Of a stretch of 45,462 bases of DNA, positions 28,160 through 38,346 are shown piece by piece. Positions within the stretch are counted from its first letter, which is position 1; the number at the start of each line of letters is the position of its first letter. The notes beneath the pieces are model-generated. The model made no database searches. It saw nothing but the letters and a program-made list of their open reading frames with translations, and was not told the origin of the DNA. Location: positions 1 through 45,462 of the IMG/VR virus record IMGVR_UViG_3300030376_005787; one strand, given 5' to 3'. The translations under genes were made by a program, and so were the position numbers. The stretch comes from a virus. Its lineage: Duplodnaviria > Caudoviricetes.

Positions 28160-28507
28160 ATGGCTAAAAAAAAATATAAACCACATATGATGTATGGTGA
28201 TGGTAAGTCTAAAATGGCCAATACCTATGAGGAACATTTAAAATTAAAGAAAAAAGGCTGGGGCCATTCTAAGCCTAAAATGCACGAAGGTGGAAAGATG
28301 AATGGACCTTCACATGATAATGGTGGTATTGATATTAATGTTGAAGGCGGAGAAATAGTTATAAATATAAATAAAAATAATGCTGCTGGGAAACATGAGA
28401 AAAATTTATTAAATTTAAATAATAATCCTGATGATTATATAATAGTTAAAAAAGGTAATAATAGCCATAATTGGCCATCAAAAGACGCAAGAAAGCGAGG
28501 AAAATAA
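28160..28507 (+). CDS. Small basic protein with GPSH..GG..VEGGE motif
   Basis: MHEGGKMNGPSHDNGGIDINVEGGEIVIN. Confidence 0.65.
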   Translation: MAKKKYKPHMMYGDGKSKMANTYEEHLKLKKKGWGHSKPKMHEGGKMNGPSHDNGGIDINVEGGEIVININKNNAAGKHEKNLLNLNNNPDDYIIVKKGNNSHNWPSKDARKRGK

Positions 28508-28508
28508 T

Positions 28509-29105
28509 ATGCCTGAAGGTAAAGAAAACGAATATTTTGGCGGAGGTATGGTCACTAATGATGCTAGAAATCGAAACGTAAATACAGCAGGAGATGGATT
28601 TAATCCAAATCCACAACCTAAACCAATGATGCCTTCACAGCCACCAAATGAAGTAGAGGGAAGCTATGTTGAACCATATAATGAAGATATAGCACCTGTT
28701 ATTACAGGCGGAGGAATGTATAAAAAAGGTGGAAAAGTTTCTAAAAAACTTGCAAAGAAAGCTGTAAAGAGCATTGTATCTATTGGAGCAGCTAAAACAG
28801 CAGCTAAAAAAATAAGTGAAAATACAAAGGCTGCAAAAAAAGCTAACAAAGTTGCAAAGGAAGCTGTAAAGAAAAAATATAAAGATGGTGGTTCAGTTAC
28901 GAAAAAACCTGAGCCTATGACTTATGCTGAATGGACGCTCAGAGAGAAAAAAAGAAAAAATGATTATGAAAAAAAAACTGGAAAGAAATATCCAGATACT
29001 TTTTATCAAAAAATGAAAGAAGTAGGGGGTGCTGGAAAGCATATAGGTACTGCAATAGGTAAGGGTTTGAAAAAAGGTGAGGGTTTAAAAAAAGGAAGTA
29101 AATAA
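28509..29105 (+). CDS. Basic Lys/Ala-rich putative internal virion protein
   Basis: Repeated Y-x-x-GG-x-V motifs; histone-H1-like Lys/Ala tract. Confidence 0.6.
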   Translation: MPEGKENEYFGGGMVTNDARNRNVNTAGDGFNPNPQPKPMMPSQPPNEVEGSYVEPYNEDIAPVITGGGMYKKGGKVSKKLAKKAVKSIVSIGAAKTAAKKISENTKAAKKANKVAKEAVKKKYKDGGSVTKKPEPMTYAEWTLREKKRKNDYEKKTGKKYPDTFYQKMKEVGGAGKHIGTAIGKGLKKGEGLKKGSK

Positions 29106-29296
29106 TGGCTATTTTTATATATTGTGACAAATGTGAAAAATGTGTAGAACCTAATAGTTGTGGACATAAAAAAGAGTTGTTCCGTAATGACACAAGGAAT
29201 TATATTAATATGCGAACAACTTGGAGTGGACAAACTAAAGTAGAGTTTAGTCAAACAACTATAGACCAAGATATAGCAGACAGGAATAGTAGATAA
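29105..29296 (+). CDS. Small Cys-rich protein
   Basis: YCDKCEKC....CGH; coupled to neighbours. Confidence 0.6.
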   Translation: MAIFIYCDKCEKCVEPNSCGHKKELFRNDTRNYINMRTTWSGQTKVEFSQTTIDQDIADRNSR

Positions 29297-29952
29297 TGGC
29301 TGTTTTTGATGTTCAAATACGAGATTTAGTAGGCACTGCAATGAATGACCAAGCTGCTATGGATACATTTATGTCTGATGGTTTAGCGCAGGTATATAGT
29401 TTGTTACCTAGTAACAAATTATTAGAATGTGTTACTCATACAGAACTTAGCAATTCTCCAACTACTTTGGATTTAGATACTGCTACTATTGGCCCTATAA
29501 TGTCTGTTACACGTAAAACATCTCAAGGTATAAATCAAATATGCAGACAAATAGCGCCTTCTATGGTTTCTAGAGTTACTGATGTAAATGATTTAATGCA
29601 TGTAACAGAAACAGACCCAGTATATTTTATTAAAAATGCAGTATTAAATGTTTATCCTGACCCTACTGCTTCACAAACTGCTGAAGTTGTATATCTCCCA
29701 TTAACAGCTATAGATGCTTCTGCTAGCAGCTCTATTGATAATCTTTCAAATGACGTAACTTATATTGTTGTATTATATGCTGCAATTAGAGCGGCTACAC
29801 ATTTAATGTCTGAAGAAGAAGATATTGAATTATATAATCCAATTATTACATCATTAAAAAATGATTACAATATTGCATTACAAGCAATAGGTGTAAAAAT
29901 ATCTACAACGAAAAAAACGAAAAAAAAGAAAAAGGATAGCGATGAAGGTTAA
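29296..29952 (+). CDS. Putative head-tail adaptor/connector protein
   Basis: PVYFI....LNVYPDP...IVVLYAAIRA pattern; position in the module. Confidence 0.55.
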   Translation: MAVFDVQIRDLVGTAMNDQAAMDTFMSDGLAQVYSLLPSNKLLECVTHTELSNSPTTLDLDTATIGPIMSVTRKTSQGINQICRQIAPSMVSRVTDVNDLMHVTETDPVYFIKNAVLNVYPDPTASQTAEVVYLPLTAIDASASSSIDNLSNDVTYIVVLYAAIRAATHLMSEEEDIELYNPIITSLKNDYNIALQAIGVKISTTKKTKKKKKDSDEG

Positions 29953-30247
29953 AGATTTAATCCAACAAGTAGAATATACAATGGGAAGGCAGCCAGAAAA
30001 ATATATGATGCAACTTATAAATGATGCATTAATGGATATGTCAAGTAAAATTCAAAGTTACAAAACAGAAAAAGTACAAAATTTAAATTCAAAACAAAGA
30101 TGGTACAAATTAGATGACTCTGTTGTAGATATAACAAGAGTCGAAATTTTAGATAATAACAATAGATATGTGATGGTTCCTAAATTAGCGGACCCACATA
30201 AATTATTAAAAGATGATACAGACGAAACGTCTGATTCATTAACATAG
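29942..30247 (+). CDS. Adaptor-like protein, N-terminal half
   Basis: MKVKDLIQQV...LINDAL...QRWYKL....ITRVEI. Confidence 0.55.
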   Translation: MKVKDLIQQVEYTMGRQPEKYMMQLINDALMDMSSKIQSYKTEKVQNLNSKQRWYKLDDSVVDITRVEILDNNNRYVMVPKLADPHKLLKDDTDETSDSLT

Positions 30248-30256
30248 GAGTAAAAA

Positions 30257-30733
30257 ATGGCGAGTACATTAACAGCCTCAACAATGACAGTAACTATATC
30301 TGAGTCAATTACTCTAAACGGTAAAAATCAAGGAGGTACGCAAATTTTGTCAATACCTTCTATAGCGACAGTATCAAGAAGAATAGTAGATGTCCCTAAT
30401 TCAGAAGTAGAAATTCTTGCAATGTCTACAGCTGTCGCATCAGGAACATTTATTGAAAGTGATGTTTTATATATACGTATTACAAATCTTGATGATACTA
30501 ATCATGTTGGATTAATATTTAAAAATGAAAACGATGATGAGTTTGGAGTTAAGTTAGATAAAGGGCAATCTTTTGTATATAATGGTGATTTATCTGGCGG
30601 TGTAGTAGATACTATGGATGCTCAAGATGGCGGTGCTGATTTAGCTGCAAATACATTTGCTGACTTAGTAAATATTACTGCATATGCAGATACAGCAGCT
30701 TGTGATGTAGAAGTTTTTGTTGCATGTAAATAG
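30257..30733 (+). CDS. Putative virion structural protein
   Basis: YIRITNLDDTN motif; AGGAG SD. Confidence 0.6.
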   Translation: MASTLTASTMTVTISESITLNGKNQGGTQILSIPSIATVSRRIVDVPNSEVEILAMSTAVASGTFIESDVLYIRITNLDDTNHVGLIFKNENDDEFGVKLDKGQSFVYNGDLSGGVVDTMDAQDGGADLAANTFADLVNITAYADTAACDVEVFVACK

Positions 30734-30741
30734 GAGAATAA

Positions 30742-31209
30742 ATGGCTACAGATAAAAGAAGTTTTCCAAATAGTTATTTTGCGTGGTATAATGATGATGA
30801 TAGAGTGGCAATTATTGTTCAAGGGTCATCTACATCTTCAGTTTGTTCTATTTCTACTTATGATAATAAAACAGATTGCGAAGCAAATGGTGGAAACTGG
30901 ATTACTGCTGGAGAATCTACAAATGAAAAATATGATACCTATAGTGGTTCTAGCATTACAGGAGGACTTAGGCTACATACGCATTCTAAATATGGAACAG
31001 TAGAACAAATAACAGATGATTTAAAATCTAACTCTGGTCTTGATACATCATTACACCCTTCTATTATTGATTATATAAAATCAAGATTATTAGAAGATGG
31101 TGGTGATTTACAAAGAGCTTCATATTATAAAGCAAAATACGAAAAGACTATTAAACAGTATCCTCATAGAAAAAGTGGAGTAAGAACATTAGCTGTTCCT
31201 AGACTGTAA
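30742..31209 (+). CDS. Adaptor-like protein, C-terminal half, with a small Cys insert
   Basis: LHPSIIDYIK.RL.ED.GD...A.YY..KY; insert CSISTYDNKTDCEANGGNW. Confidence 0.55.
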   Translation: MATDKRSFPNSYFAWYNDDDRVAIIVQGSSTSSVCSISTYDNKTDCEANGGNWITAGESTNEKYDTYSGSSITGGLRLHTHSKYGTVEQITDDLKSNSGLDTSLHPSIIDYIKSRLLEDGGDLQRASYYKAKYEKTIKQYPHRKSGVRTLAVPRL

Positions 31210-31210
31210 T

Positions 31211-31510
31211 ATGGATTTATTTGTAGTATTAGAACAATATGGTGTCCCACTTACAATGTGTGTATGTTTTGGTTATTTTATATGGAAACAAAACAATTGG
31301 ATACAAGACGATTTAAAAAAAGATTTAGATGATGCTAATGATAGGTTTGAAGGTATAGTTATAAAGCTTATAGACTCTCAAAAACAAATGCAATTAGAAC
31401 AAAAGGATATAAAAGCAAGTTATAGAGCAATTGTAGAAATATTAGCTGCTTTAAGTGGTAATGGGCTTAAAGAAAGATTTTTAAAAAACAAGGAATACGA
31501 ACAACATTAA
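31211..31510 (+). CDS. Holin-like membrane protein
   Basis: N-terminal TM segment LEQYGVPLTMCVCFGYFIW followed by a coiled coil. Confidence 0.55.
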   Translation: MDLFVVLEQYGVPLTMCVCFGYFIWKQNNWIQDDLKKDLDDANDRFEGIVIKLIDSQKQMQLEQKDIKASYRAIVEILAALSGNGLKERFLKNKEYEQH

Positions 31511-31530
31511 ACATAACAAGGAGTATTTAA

Positions 31531-31707
31531 ATGGTTGATTTAATAATGTCATATCTAAAAAGTAACAAAGATGAAATTATTGATGCTTTAAATAAAAAAG
31601 TAAATATACCTTTAATTTCAGAAGCTAAAGAAGAACAAATTTTTTCTTCATTATTTGATGGCTTTATGGAAATATTAGAAGGTGTATTAAACAAAAAGAG
31701 CAAGTAA
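31531..31707 (+). CDS. Small hypothetical protein (58 aa, MVDLIMSYLKSNKDEII...)
   Basis: Manual translation; AAGGAG SD. Confidence 0.7.
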   Translation: MVDLIMSYLKSNKDEIIDALNKKVNIPLISEAKEEQIFSSLFDGFMEILEGVLNKKSK

Positions 31708-34700
31708 TTGCCTAAAAGAGTATTACAGATAAGTGCCTTTGAAGGAGGCTTAAATAAACGTAATGACCCTAGAGATATTAAAGGTAATGAACTTGTAGAA
31801 GCTAGGAATGTTGACGTTTCTAATCTAGGCAGAATAGTAATGCCTGGAGAAGGCAGAGCTATATTTAATACTGTTAACTCTTTAAATCAATTTGTTAGTC
31901 CTTCTAACGACGCTAACAGTCAAAGTATATTCACAAATAATGTCCCAATATCTGATGGATATGGGATTTTTTCTTTTGTACATGATTACAATTTTACAAA
32001 TGATGATAGCTTACCTCAAGAAATAGGCACAGAATTTATATGTATAAATGATGGAGCTGATATAAAAGCATGGAGAGATAATGTCCCTGTTGGGTTTGCT
32101 TCAGAGTTTGATAAAATACTTTCATTAGGAACAGTACATAGTACAGCTCCTCCAGGAGAAAGTTCTAATATAGAAGATGAGCATAGAGTTAAACCTATAT
32201 TTTATAAAGCAGACAATGGATTGCGTGTATGTGATGCTAATTTTAGTGAAATAGATTCAAATGTAAATACAGCAGAAGTTTTAACTGATGAAACTGATTC
32301 TACTGACCCAGCAGAGACAGCTATTACTGTAGAAACTGGAAAATCTGGAGCTTTTTCTGTAGGCGAATATATTAAAATAGATTCTGAAGTTATGAAAATA
32401 TCAGCATTACTTTCTGCTAATACTTTAACTGTTGAACGTGGTAGATTTGGTTCTAAAATTGAACAACATGATAATCTAAGTGATATTTATAAAATAAATG
32501 TTCCTAAAGTATTTGCTCATATTAATAGACCTATGCTTAAAAAATCAGGCGCTAATGTTAATATAAATAGATGGGTTGAGGATATACAAGTTCCAGAAGC
32601 CCCTAAATATGGAGCATTAACTGTATTTAGAAGCAATATACTTGGTGCTGATGCTAATACTTTAACTGCTGAATCTTTATATCCAAGTGAACCTGAAAAA
32701 GTTAATCTTGGCATATCATTTAGTACAGTTGCTGATAATGCAATGTTAGCTCTTCATACGGGAGAAGTTTTATCTTCTGAATCAACAGCGCTTGAAACTG
32801 TAATACTTATAACTTTAGCTGATAGTGATGACCCTACTACTCCAGTAGATGTAACATCATCAACATATAATTTTGCTGTAGGTAAATTTATAACAATAAG
32901 TGGAGCTGAAGGAGACGGGATAAACTTAAATGGCATTCATGAAATAGTTGGGTTTGGTGGAACAGGTGAAGTAAAAATAGCTGCAGATTTAGATTTAGTT
33001 GGTTTTACATGTACAGGTAACGAACAAGTTCTTTTAGAAGATGAGATTATGGATGATAATCTTAAAAATAAATATGTACTTGGAATGTCTTATTTGTATG
33101 ATGGTGGTGGAACTGAAATACAAGAATCTAATATTACAACAGGATTAGCTTATGCTTCAAGTTTATTAGGAGCAGATAAAACATTGCCCGCAATTTCTAA
33201 ATGGAATACAACAGATAGTTCAAGTTTTGGAAATCCAGAAGCTTTAACTACAAGTTCTAATGATGGATATGCATTCTTAGGTCATGGCAATATTTATTCT
33301 GCTACTAATGGTAATTGGGTATTCTATGATGAAACATCTGATGTAATTGAAGATAGTACAACATATTATGTAAGTGGAGCTATAAAATTTACTAAATGCA
33401 CAAGTGTAAATGTAGTAATATCTGTTGGTGTAGGCCCAGGACAAGTAAATCCAAGTGCAAGTGGTTTTGCAGGATTAACCATTAACCAACCAGCTAACAA
33501 CACTACTAATGATAATGGAGATGCTGCAGGTTCAGGTCTTGTAGAATTTGCTGGTGAAGTTACTACAGGTAGTAGTGCTGATGCTGACGTGCCAATAGCA
33601 ATACAAGTTAATAATGCTGCAAATGGTCATGGAGAAAAAGTAAGATTAATATCTATAGATGTTAGAAAAAAATCTACAGCGCCAGAGGTAATGTCTAATA
33701 CAAACGCAATTGATTTAAGAGATGTTCAAAATGTGGCAAAAGGATATTTAGCATTTTTATGCAACAATTCAAGAACTGGTGCGTATAATGCAACTACTCA
33801 GAATAATAGTTGGAATGAACGTATTGAAGGCTTTAGAATATATATGAAACAAGTAGATATAATAGGTGGTGGACTTGCTGATGATTGGACTATGTTATAT
33901 GATGTAAACCTTAAAGAAGGAACATATGTTATGCATGCTAAAGATTCAGACGAAGAAACATTAAGGTTAAGTGATATGGCTAGTTATGCATGGAGTTCAA
34001 CAGCTACAGATGACAGAAATGCTATAGTTACAAGTAATTTATCTGGAGACTCAATTAAAACCCCTTCTGTATTAACATATGAAGCTTTAAATGGATATAA
34101 AAATGACACTAATCTAGCAGCTATGTATAAAACGTCTGCAGTTGTTCAAAGAAAAGTATATATTGGTAATTTAAAAATTGGAAATAAAAGATTCCCTGAT
34201 AGAATGATAAAATCATCAGCGGACAAGTTTGATATATTCCCAGATGATAGTACAAGCTTTATTGATGTTGCAACCTCTGATGGTGAAAATATTATTAAAT
34301 TAGAATCATTTGGTGAATACCTATTACAGTTTAAAGAAAAGACAACTTATTTAATTAAAGTAACATCAGAAGGTGAAGAATTAATATCAACATGGCATAG
34401 TACTGGAATTATGCATCCTTCTCAATGCACAAAGACTCCTGGAGGTGTATTCTGGGCCAATAGTTCAGGTGTATTCTTCTTTGATGGCCAACAAATAAAA
34501 AATGTTGTAACTGAAAAATTTGGCCTTGAGAATTGGAGTGTAGGAGAAGATAGTCAAAAACCAATTATACTTGGATATGATAATGTATCAAATAAAGTTT
34601 TAATTATTACAAATAATGTATCAGATACATCTAATGGTGGATATATATATGATATAGATAACAATTCAATGACTCAATGCCAAAATTTGTTTAGTTGGTA

Positions 34701-34752
34701 TCCAGCTTCAAATACAACAGACGAAGTAGTAGCACATCAGGAGCCTTTATAA
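31708..34752 (+). CDS. Tail nozzle/stabilisation protein (P22 gp10-like), main part with inserted beta domains
   Basis: N-terminal FEGGLN..DPRDI...ARNVD...GRI; C-terminal beta-propeller-like repeats. Confidence 0.65.
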   Translation: MPKRVLQISAFEGGLNKRNDPRDIKGNELVEARNVDVSNLGRIVMPGEGRAIFNTVNSLNQFVSPSNDANSQSIFTNNVPISDGYGIFSFVHDYNFTNDDSLPQEIGTEFICINDGADIKAWRDNVPVGFASEFDKILSLGTVHSTAPPGESSNIEDEHRVKPIFYKADNGLRVCDANFSEIDSNVNTAEVLTDETDSTDPAETAITVETGKSGAFSVGEYIKIDSEVMKISALLSANTLTVERGRFGSKIEQHDNLSDIYKINVPKVFAHINRPMLKKSGANVNINRWVEDIQVPEAPKYGALTVFRSNILGADANTLTAESLYPSEPEKVNLGISFSTVADNAMLALHTGEVLSSESTALETVILITLADSDDPTTPVDVTSSTYNFAVGKFITISGAEGDGINLNGIHEIVGFGGTGEVKIAADLDLVGFTCTGNEQVLLEDEIMDDNLKNKYVLGMSYLYDGGGTEIQESNITTGLAYASSLLGADKTLPAISKWNTTDSSSFGNPEALTTSSNDGYAFLGHGNIYSATNGNWVFYDETSDVIEDSTTYYVSGAIKFTKCTSVNVVISVGVGPGQVNPSASGFAGLTINQPANNTTNDNGDAAGSGLVEFAGEVTTGSSADADVPIAIQVNNAANGHGEKVRLISIDVRKKSTAPEVMSNTNAIDLRDVQNVAKGYLAFLCNNSRTGAYNATTQNNSWNERIEGFRIYMKQVDIIGGGLADDWTMLYDVNLKEGTYVMHAKDSDEETLRLSDMASYAWSSTATDDRNAIVTSNLSGDSIKTPSVLTYEALNGYKNDTNLAAMYKTSAVVQRKVYIGNLKIGNKRFPDRMIKSSADKFDIFPDDSTSFIDVATSDGENIIKLESFGEYLLQFKEKTTYLIKVTSEGEELISTWHSTGIMHPSQCTKTPGGVFWANSSGVFFFDGQQIKNVVTEKFGLENWSVGEDSQKPIILGYDNVSNKVLIITNNVSDTSNGGYIYDIDNNSMTQCQNLFSWYPASNTTDEVVAHQEPL

Positions 34753-34754
34753 TT

Positions 34755-35678
34755 ATGCCAAGTATAACAACAAATAAACCATTTACAACAAAAAAATTAA
34801 ATACTACTATATCTATAGATTCAAAAACTAAACCAGCTACAGGTAGTCAAGGAGCAAGTTCTTTACCACCTCAGCCTTTTATAACAAAACCATCTACTGA
34901 TAGTAGTGAGCCATATTATCCTGAAGAACCAGGTGCAATATTTAGAAGTAATATGGTAACTACAAGTAATAATGGTCTTATAATGTTAAATCAATTTAGT
35001 GATTTATTAAATAATGGTTCTATTACAGTATGGGATGATGAGGCTCATAACTTATTTCAACATACTAAAACAGCTCAACAATTTAAAATTCAAACTAAAG
35101 ATTTTGATTTTGGAGACCCTAGTAGAAGAAAAAAAATATATAAAGTTTACGTAACATTTAAATGTAGTAATATGCGTTCTGGTGTAATTATGAAATACGC
35201 TGTAAATGGCTCAACTAATTTTTCTGGAACATTCTCTGATGATGATACTTATTACAATTCAAGAGGATTTTATGGAAGTTCAACAACAGATTGGGTTACA
35301 GTTGCATTAAAGCCATCTTCTTCAATTAATAATATATATTCTATTGCGCTTCAATTTAGTTATGCTTCTCAAGGAAGAGTTAATCAATTAAGTGCTAATA
35401 GTAGTGCTGGAGCTACAACTGTTACATTAGACTCAGGCGCACAAGGTGGTGGTTATGATGACTGGTATAACGGAATGCCTATATATTTTTTTAATGGCCC
35501 AGGAAGTAATCAAGTTCACAGAGTAACAGATTATGTTGGTAGTAGCAAAGTAGCTACAATAACTCCAGCTTTAACATCTGATGTTAAAACAAATACAAGT
35601 TATGATTTAGGTTACATACCAGCAAGTTTTTCAATTAATGATATAAGTATTATATTTAGAGAAAAAAGTATTAAATAA
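34755..35678 (+). CDS. Nozzle C-terminal-like domain encoded as a separate gene
   Basis: IQTKDFDFGDPSRRKKIYKVYVTFK...INDISIIFR; Pro/Ser/Thr-rich N-terminus; ATG at 34755. Confidence 0.6.
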   Translation: MPSITTNKPFTTKKLNTTISIDSKTKPATGSQGASSLPPQPFITKPSTDSSEPYYPEEPGAIFRSNMVTTSNNGLIMLNQFSDLLNNGSITVWDDEAHNLFQHTKTAQQFKIQTKDFDFGDPSRRKKIYKVYVTFKCSNMRSGVIMKYAVNGSTNFSGTFSDDDTYYNSRGFYGSSTTDWVTVALKPSSSINNIYSIALQFSYASQGRVNQLSANSSAGATTVTLDSGAQGGGYDDWYNGMPIYFFNGPGSNQVHRVTDYVGSSKVATITPALTSDVKTNTSYDLGYIPASFSINDISIIFREKSIK

Positions 35679-37216
35679 TGGCTATTAAGCAGTCAAGAGG
35701 AATAACCATAGGGAAGGGTACACCTCAAAGAAATGAGGGCCAAAATGGTGACATTACTGTCCGCTCTTTAAGAAAAGGCCTTAAAATGTATGTTAAACAA
35801 GCTAATGTTTGGCATAGTGTTGACCTTGATATAGATTTAAAACAAATAGCTACTACTGTAAATAATTTAGAAAGAAAAGTAAAAGAATTATCGACACGAA
35901 GAAATAACTTTCCTGTAGTAGATAAAGTAATGTTAAAACAAGCTGGCGGTGCTGCAGCTGTACAAATAAAAAATGATGCAGGTGCAATTGCATTTAGAAA
36001 CTCTGCAGATTCTGCTGATATTACTCTTAAAAATCCAAAGATTGCAGGCGCTTTAGATGGCTCTGATGCTAATCCAGTTATAGATACACAAACATCAAAT
36101 TCAGTAAAAGCAGTTTTTAATGATATAGATGACCATTTTGGATTAAGATTATTGCATGGCTCTGCTTCTGCTCATAGAAATGCATTGTCTTTTTATACTG
36201 GAGCAACTCATCATTGGTCTATTGGACATTTATGTAATGATAACGATACATTAAGAATAACAGGACATCCAGATTTATCTACAAATGTTGAATTAACATT
36301 AACTGATTCTGGTAATTTAACTACTGCTGGTACAGTAACATCAAGTGCTGGTGTATGTGGTGGAACAACAGCTGCATCTACAACTGCTTCTGGAATAGTA
36401 GAATTAGCAACAACTGCTGAGACTACAACAGGAACAGATACTGCAAGAGCAGTAACACCTGATGGGTTAAAAGATGGATTTGAAGGCTCTACTAATATTG
36501 GAGTATTAGGAGAAGTTGAAACAGGAACTTGGTTAGCAGATGCGATAGCTGAAGATTATATTGGTAATTTACCTACATCTAAAATAACATCAGGAACAAT
36601 GGCTGATGCAAGAATAGCAGCAAGTAATGTTACACAACACGAAGGTAGTATAGATGCGGTTGGTGCATTAGATGGTGGTAGTATTACAAGTGGATTTGGA
36701 GCAATAGATATAGGCTCAAGCACTTTAGCAGCAGGGGAAATAACTTCAGGTGCTGTTATATGGCAGTATTTTCCATTTGTTACATCATCTCAAACGTCAG
36801 CAAGAGGGCATTATTTTAGAGATTATGATGATTTGTACAGTCCTCACGAGAAATGGGATGCTTTTGATACTGATATGGTATTAGATTACAGAGGTATTTA
36901 TGGTTTCTTATGTGTACCTGAAAATTGCACATTAGTGGCTTGGCATGGTAAGGTGGCTAATTCAGTAACTACTGTAAACCCTACTATTTCAGTATATCAC
37001 GCAACACCTGAAACAGATACTTCAAATACTACATTTGCATTAGCAGGTTCTGCGTCTGTTGTAAGTATTGGAACTGCAAGAGTGGCTCATGATTTTAGTG
37101 GAACTTGTGATGTTGATTTATCTGCAGGAGATTTGGTAGTACCAACTATAAAGCATAGCGATTTAGCTTCTCAAGGATATGCAGGAAGCATAACATTGAA
37201 ATTTATAACAAGATAA
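35678..37216 (+). CDS. Tail fibre-like protein
   Basis: Fibre repeat ASTTASGIVELATTAETTTGTDTARAVTP; Gly/Ala/Thr-rich. Confidence 0.7.
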   Translation: MAIKQSRGITIGKGTPQRNEGQNGDITVRSLRKGLKMYVKQANVWHSVDLDIDLKQIATTVNNLERKVKELSTRRNNFPVVDKVMLKQAGGAAAVQIKNDAGAIAFRNSADSADITLKNPKIAGALDGSDANPVIDTQTSNSVKAVFNDIDDHFGLRLLHGSASAHRNALSFYTGATHHWSIGHLCNDNDTLRITGHPDLSTNVELTLTDSGNLTTAGTVTSSAGVCGGTTAASTTASGIVELATTAETTTGTDTARAVTPDGLKDGFEGSTNIGVLGEVETGTWLADAIAEDYIGNLPTSKITSGTMADARIAASNVTQHEGSIDAVGALDGGSITSGFGAIDIGSSTLAAGEITSGAVIWQYFPFVTSSQTSARGHYFRDYDDLYSPHEKWDAFDTDMVLDYRGIYGFLCVPENCTLVAWHGKVANSVTTVNPTISVYHATPETDTSNTTFALAGSASVVSIGTARVAHDFSGTCDVDLSAGDLVVPTIKHSDLASQGYAGSITLKFITR

Positions 37217-37323
37217 TAAATGAAATTAACAGTCAATAAAGTGTTTGTAAAATTAAAAAATATTTATTATGAATATATATAATAATTTTATAAATTATAA
37301 ACAAGAATTAGAGGAGTATTAAA

Positions 37324-38337
37324 ATGGCATTTCAACCTTTCGCATTAGACGAATATTTTGAAGATATGATTAAAGGTGGAATTTCTCAAGGAAAGTCTAC
37401 AGAAGATTGGTTTCAAGATAGAGCAGATGAAGCTTCTATGGACTTAGCTGACCAGGCTGCCGCATTAAAAAGGAAAATGGCAAATGCTTCTGGGATATTT
37501 GGCAAAAAGGGGAGGTTTGGAAAATTTGGGCCATGGATGAAAACTTTAATACCTATAATAACTACAGCAGCCTTAGGGCCAGGAGCTGGTGCGATAGTTG
37601 GAACATCTATGGCCACTGCTGATACTACAACAAGACAAAAACAACTTAAAAATCGATTAAAAGATTTGAAAAAAAAGGCTACTCAAAAAGGGAAATATGC
37701 AGGCACATTTTTACAAGATTACATGGAAAAAGGTTTATTAGGATTAAAAGACCAAACTATAGAAGGTTTAGAAGGTTTGAAAAAAGCAGATTTAATAAGT
37801 GGATTAGTAGATATGGGATTGTCAGCTATACCTGGGTTTAAAGGTGGTGATGCTGCTAAAGAAGTAGGTAAAGAAGCAGGCAAAGAAGCAGCTGAAAAAA
37901 GTTTAAAGGAAAGTTTAGACAAAGGCTTAAAAGCTCTATTTGGTGATAAAACAGCTTTAGATTTTGCAACAAATTATGCAGGTGAAAGTATTGTAGACCA
38001 AGGTTTAGGTTCTTCGATTGAAGGATGGGCTACAGATGCTGGCAAAGAAGCAGCAAGGACAAATATTTTGACAGGTTTAACTAACAAACTTGGACCTTTA
38101 GGTAACATGGTCAAAGATAGTAGCTATTACAAAATGGCTGATTTTGCTACAAACCCACTTTTGGGTTCTGGTACAAGTTTAGATAATCCTTTTAGGCAAA
38201 GACTATTGTCAGCAGCAACTACGCCTTCTGCATATTCAGGAATTGCTAGAGAGCAAGGTATGAATTATTTAAACCCTAATGATGTAGAGCCTACAGTAGT
38301 AAGAGCGCAAAACCCATATAATAGATATAGAGGATAG
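37324..38337 (+). CDS. Putative DNA ejection/internal virion protein
   Basis: Gly/Ala-rich with a hydrophobic segment; position after the tail genes. Confidence 0.6.
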   Translation: MAFQPFALDEYFEDMIKGGISQGKSTEDWFQDRADEASMDLADQAAALKRKMANASGIFGKKGRFGKFGPWMKTLIPIITTAALGPGAGAIVGTSMATADTTTRQKQLKNRLKDLKKKATQKGKYAGTFLQDYMEKGLLGLKDQTIEGLEGLKKADLISGLVDMGLSAIPGFKGGDAAKEVGKEAGKEAAEKSLKESLDKGLKALFGDKTALDFATNYAGESIVDQGLGSSIEGWATDAGKEAARTNILTGLTNKLGPLGNMVKDSSYYKMADFATNPLLGSGTSLDNPFRQRLLSAATTPSAYSGIAREQGMNYLNPNDVEPTVVRAQNPYNRYRG

Positions 38338-38346
38338 GAGAGTTTA

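Noticed and set aside
37255-37300. AT-rich inverted repeats as a dif/lox-like recombinase site
   Set aside because: The arms are short and almost purely A/T, as expected by chance at this composition. The same applies to the palindrome at 16008-16021.
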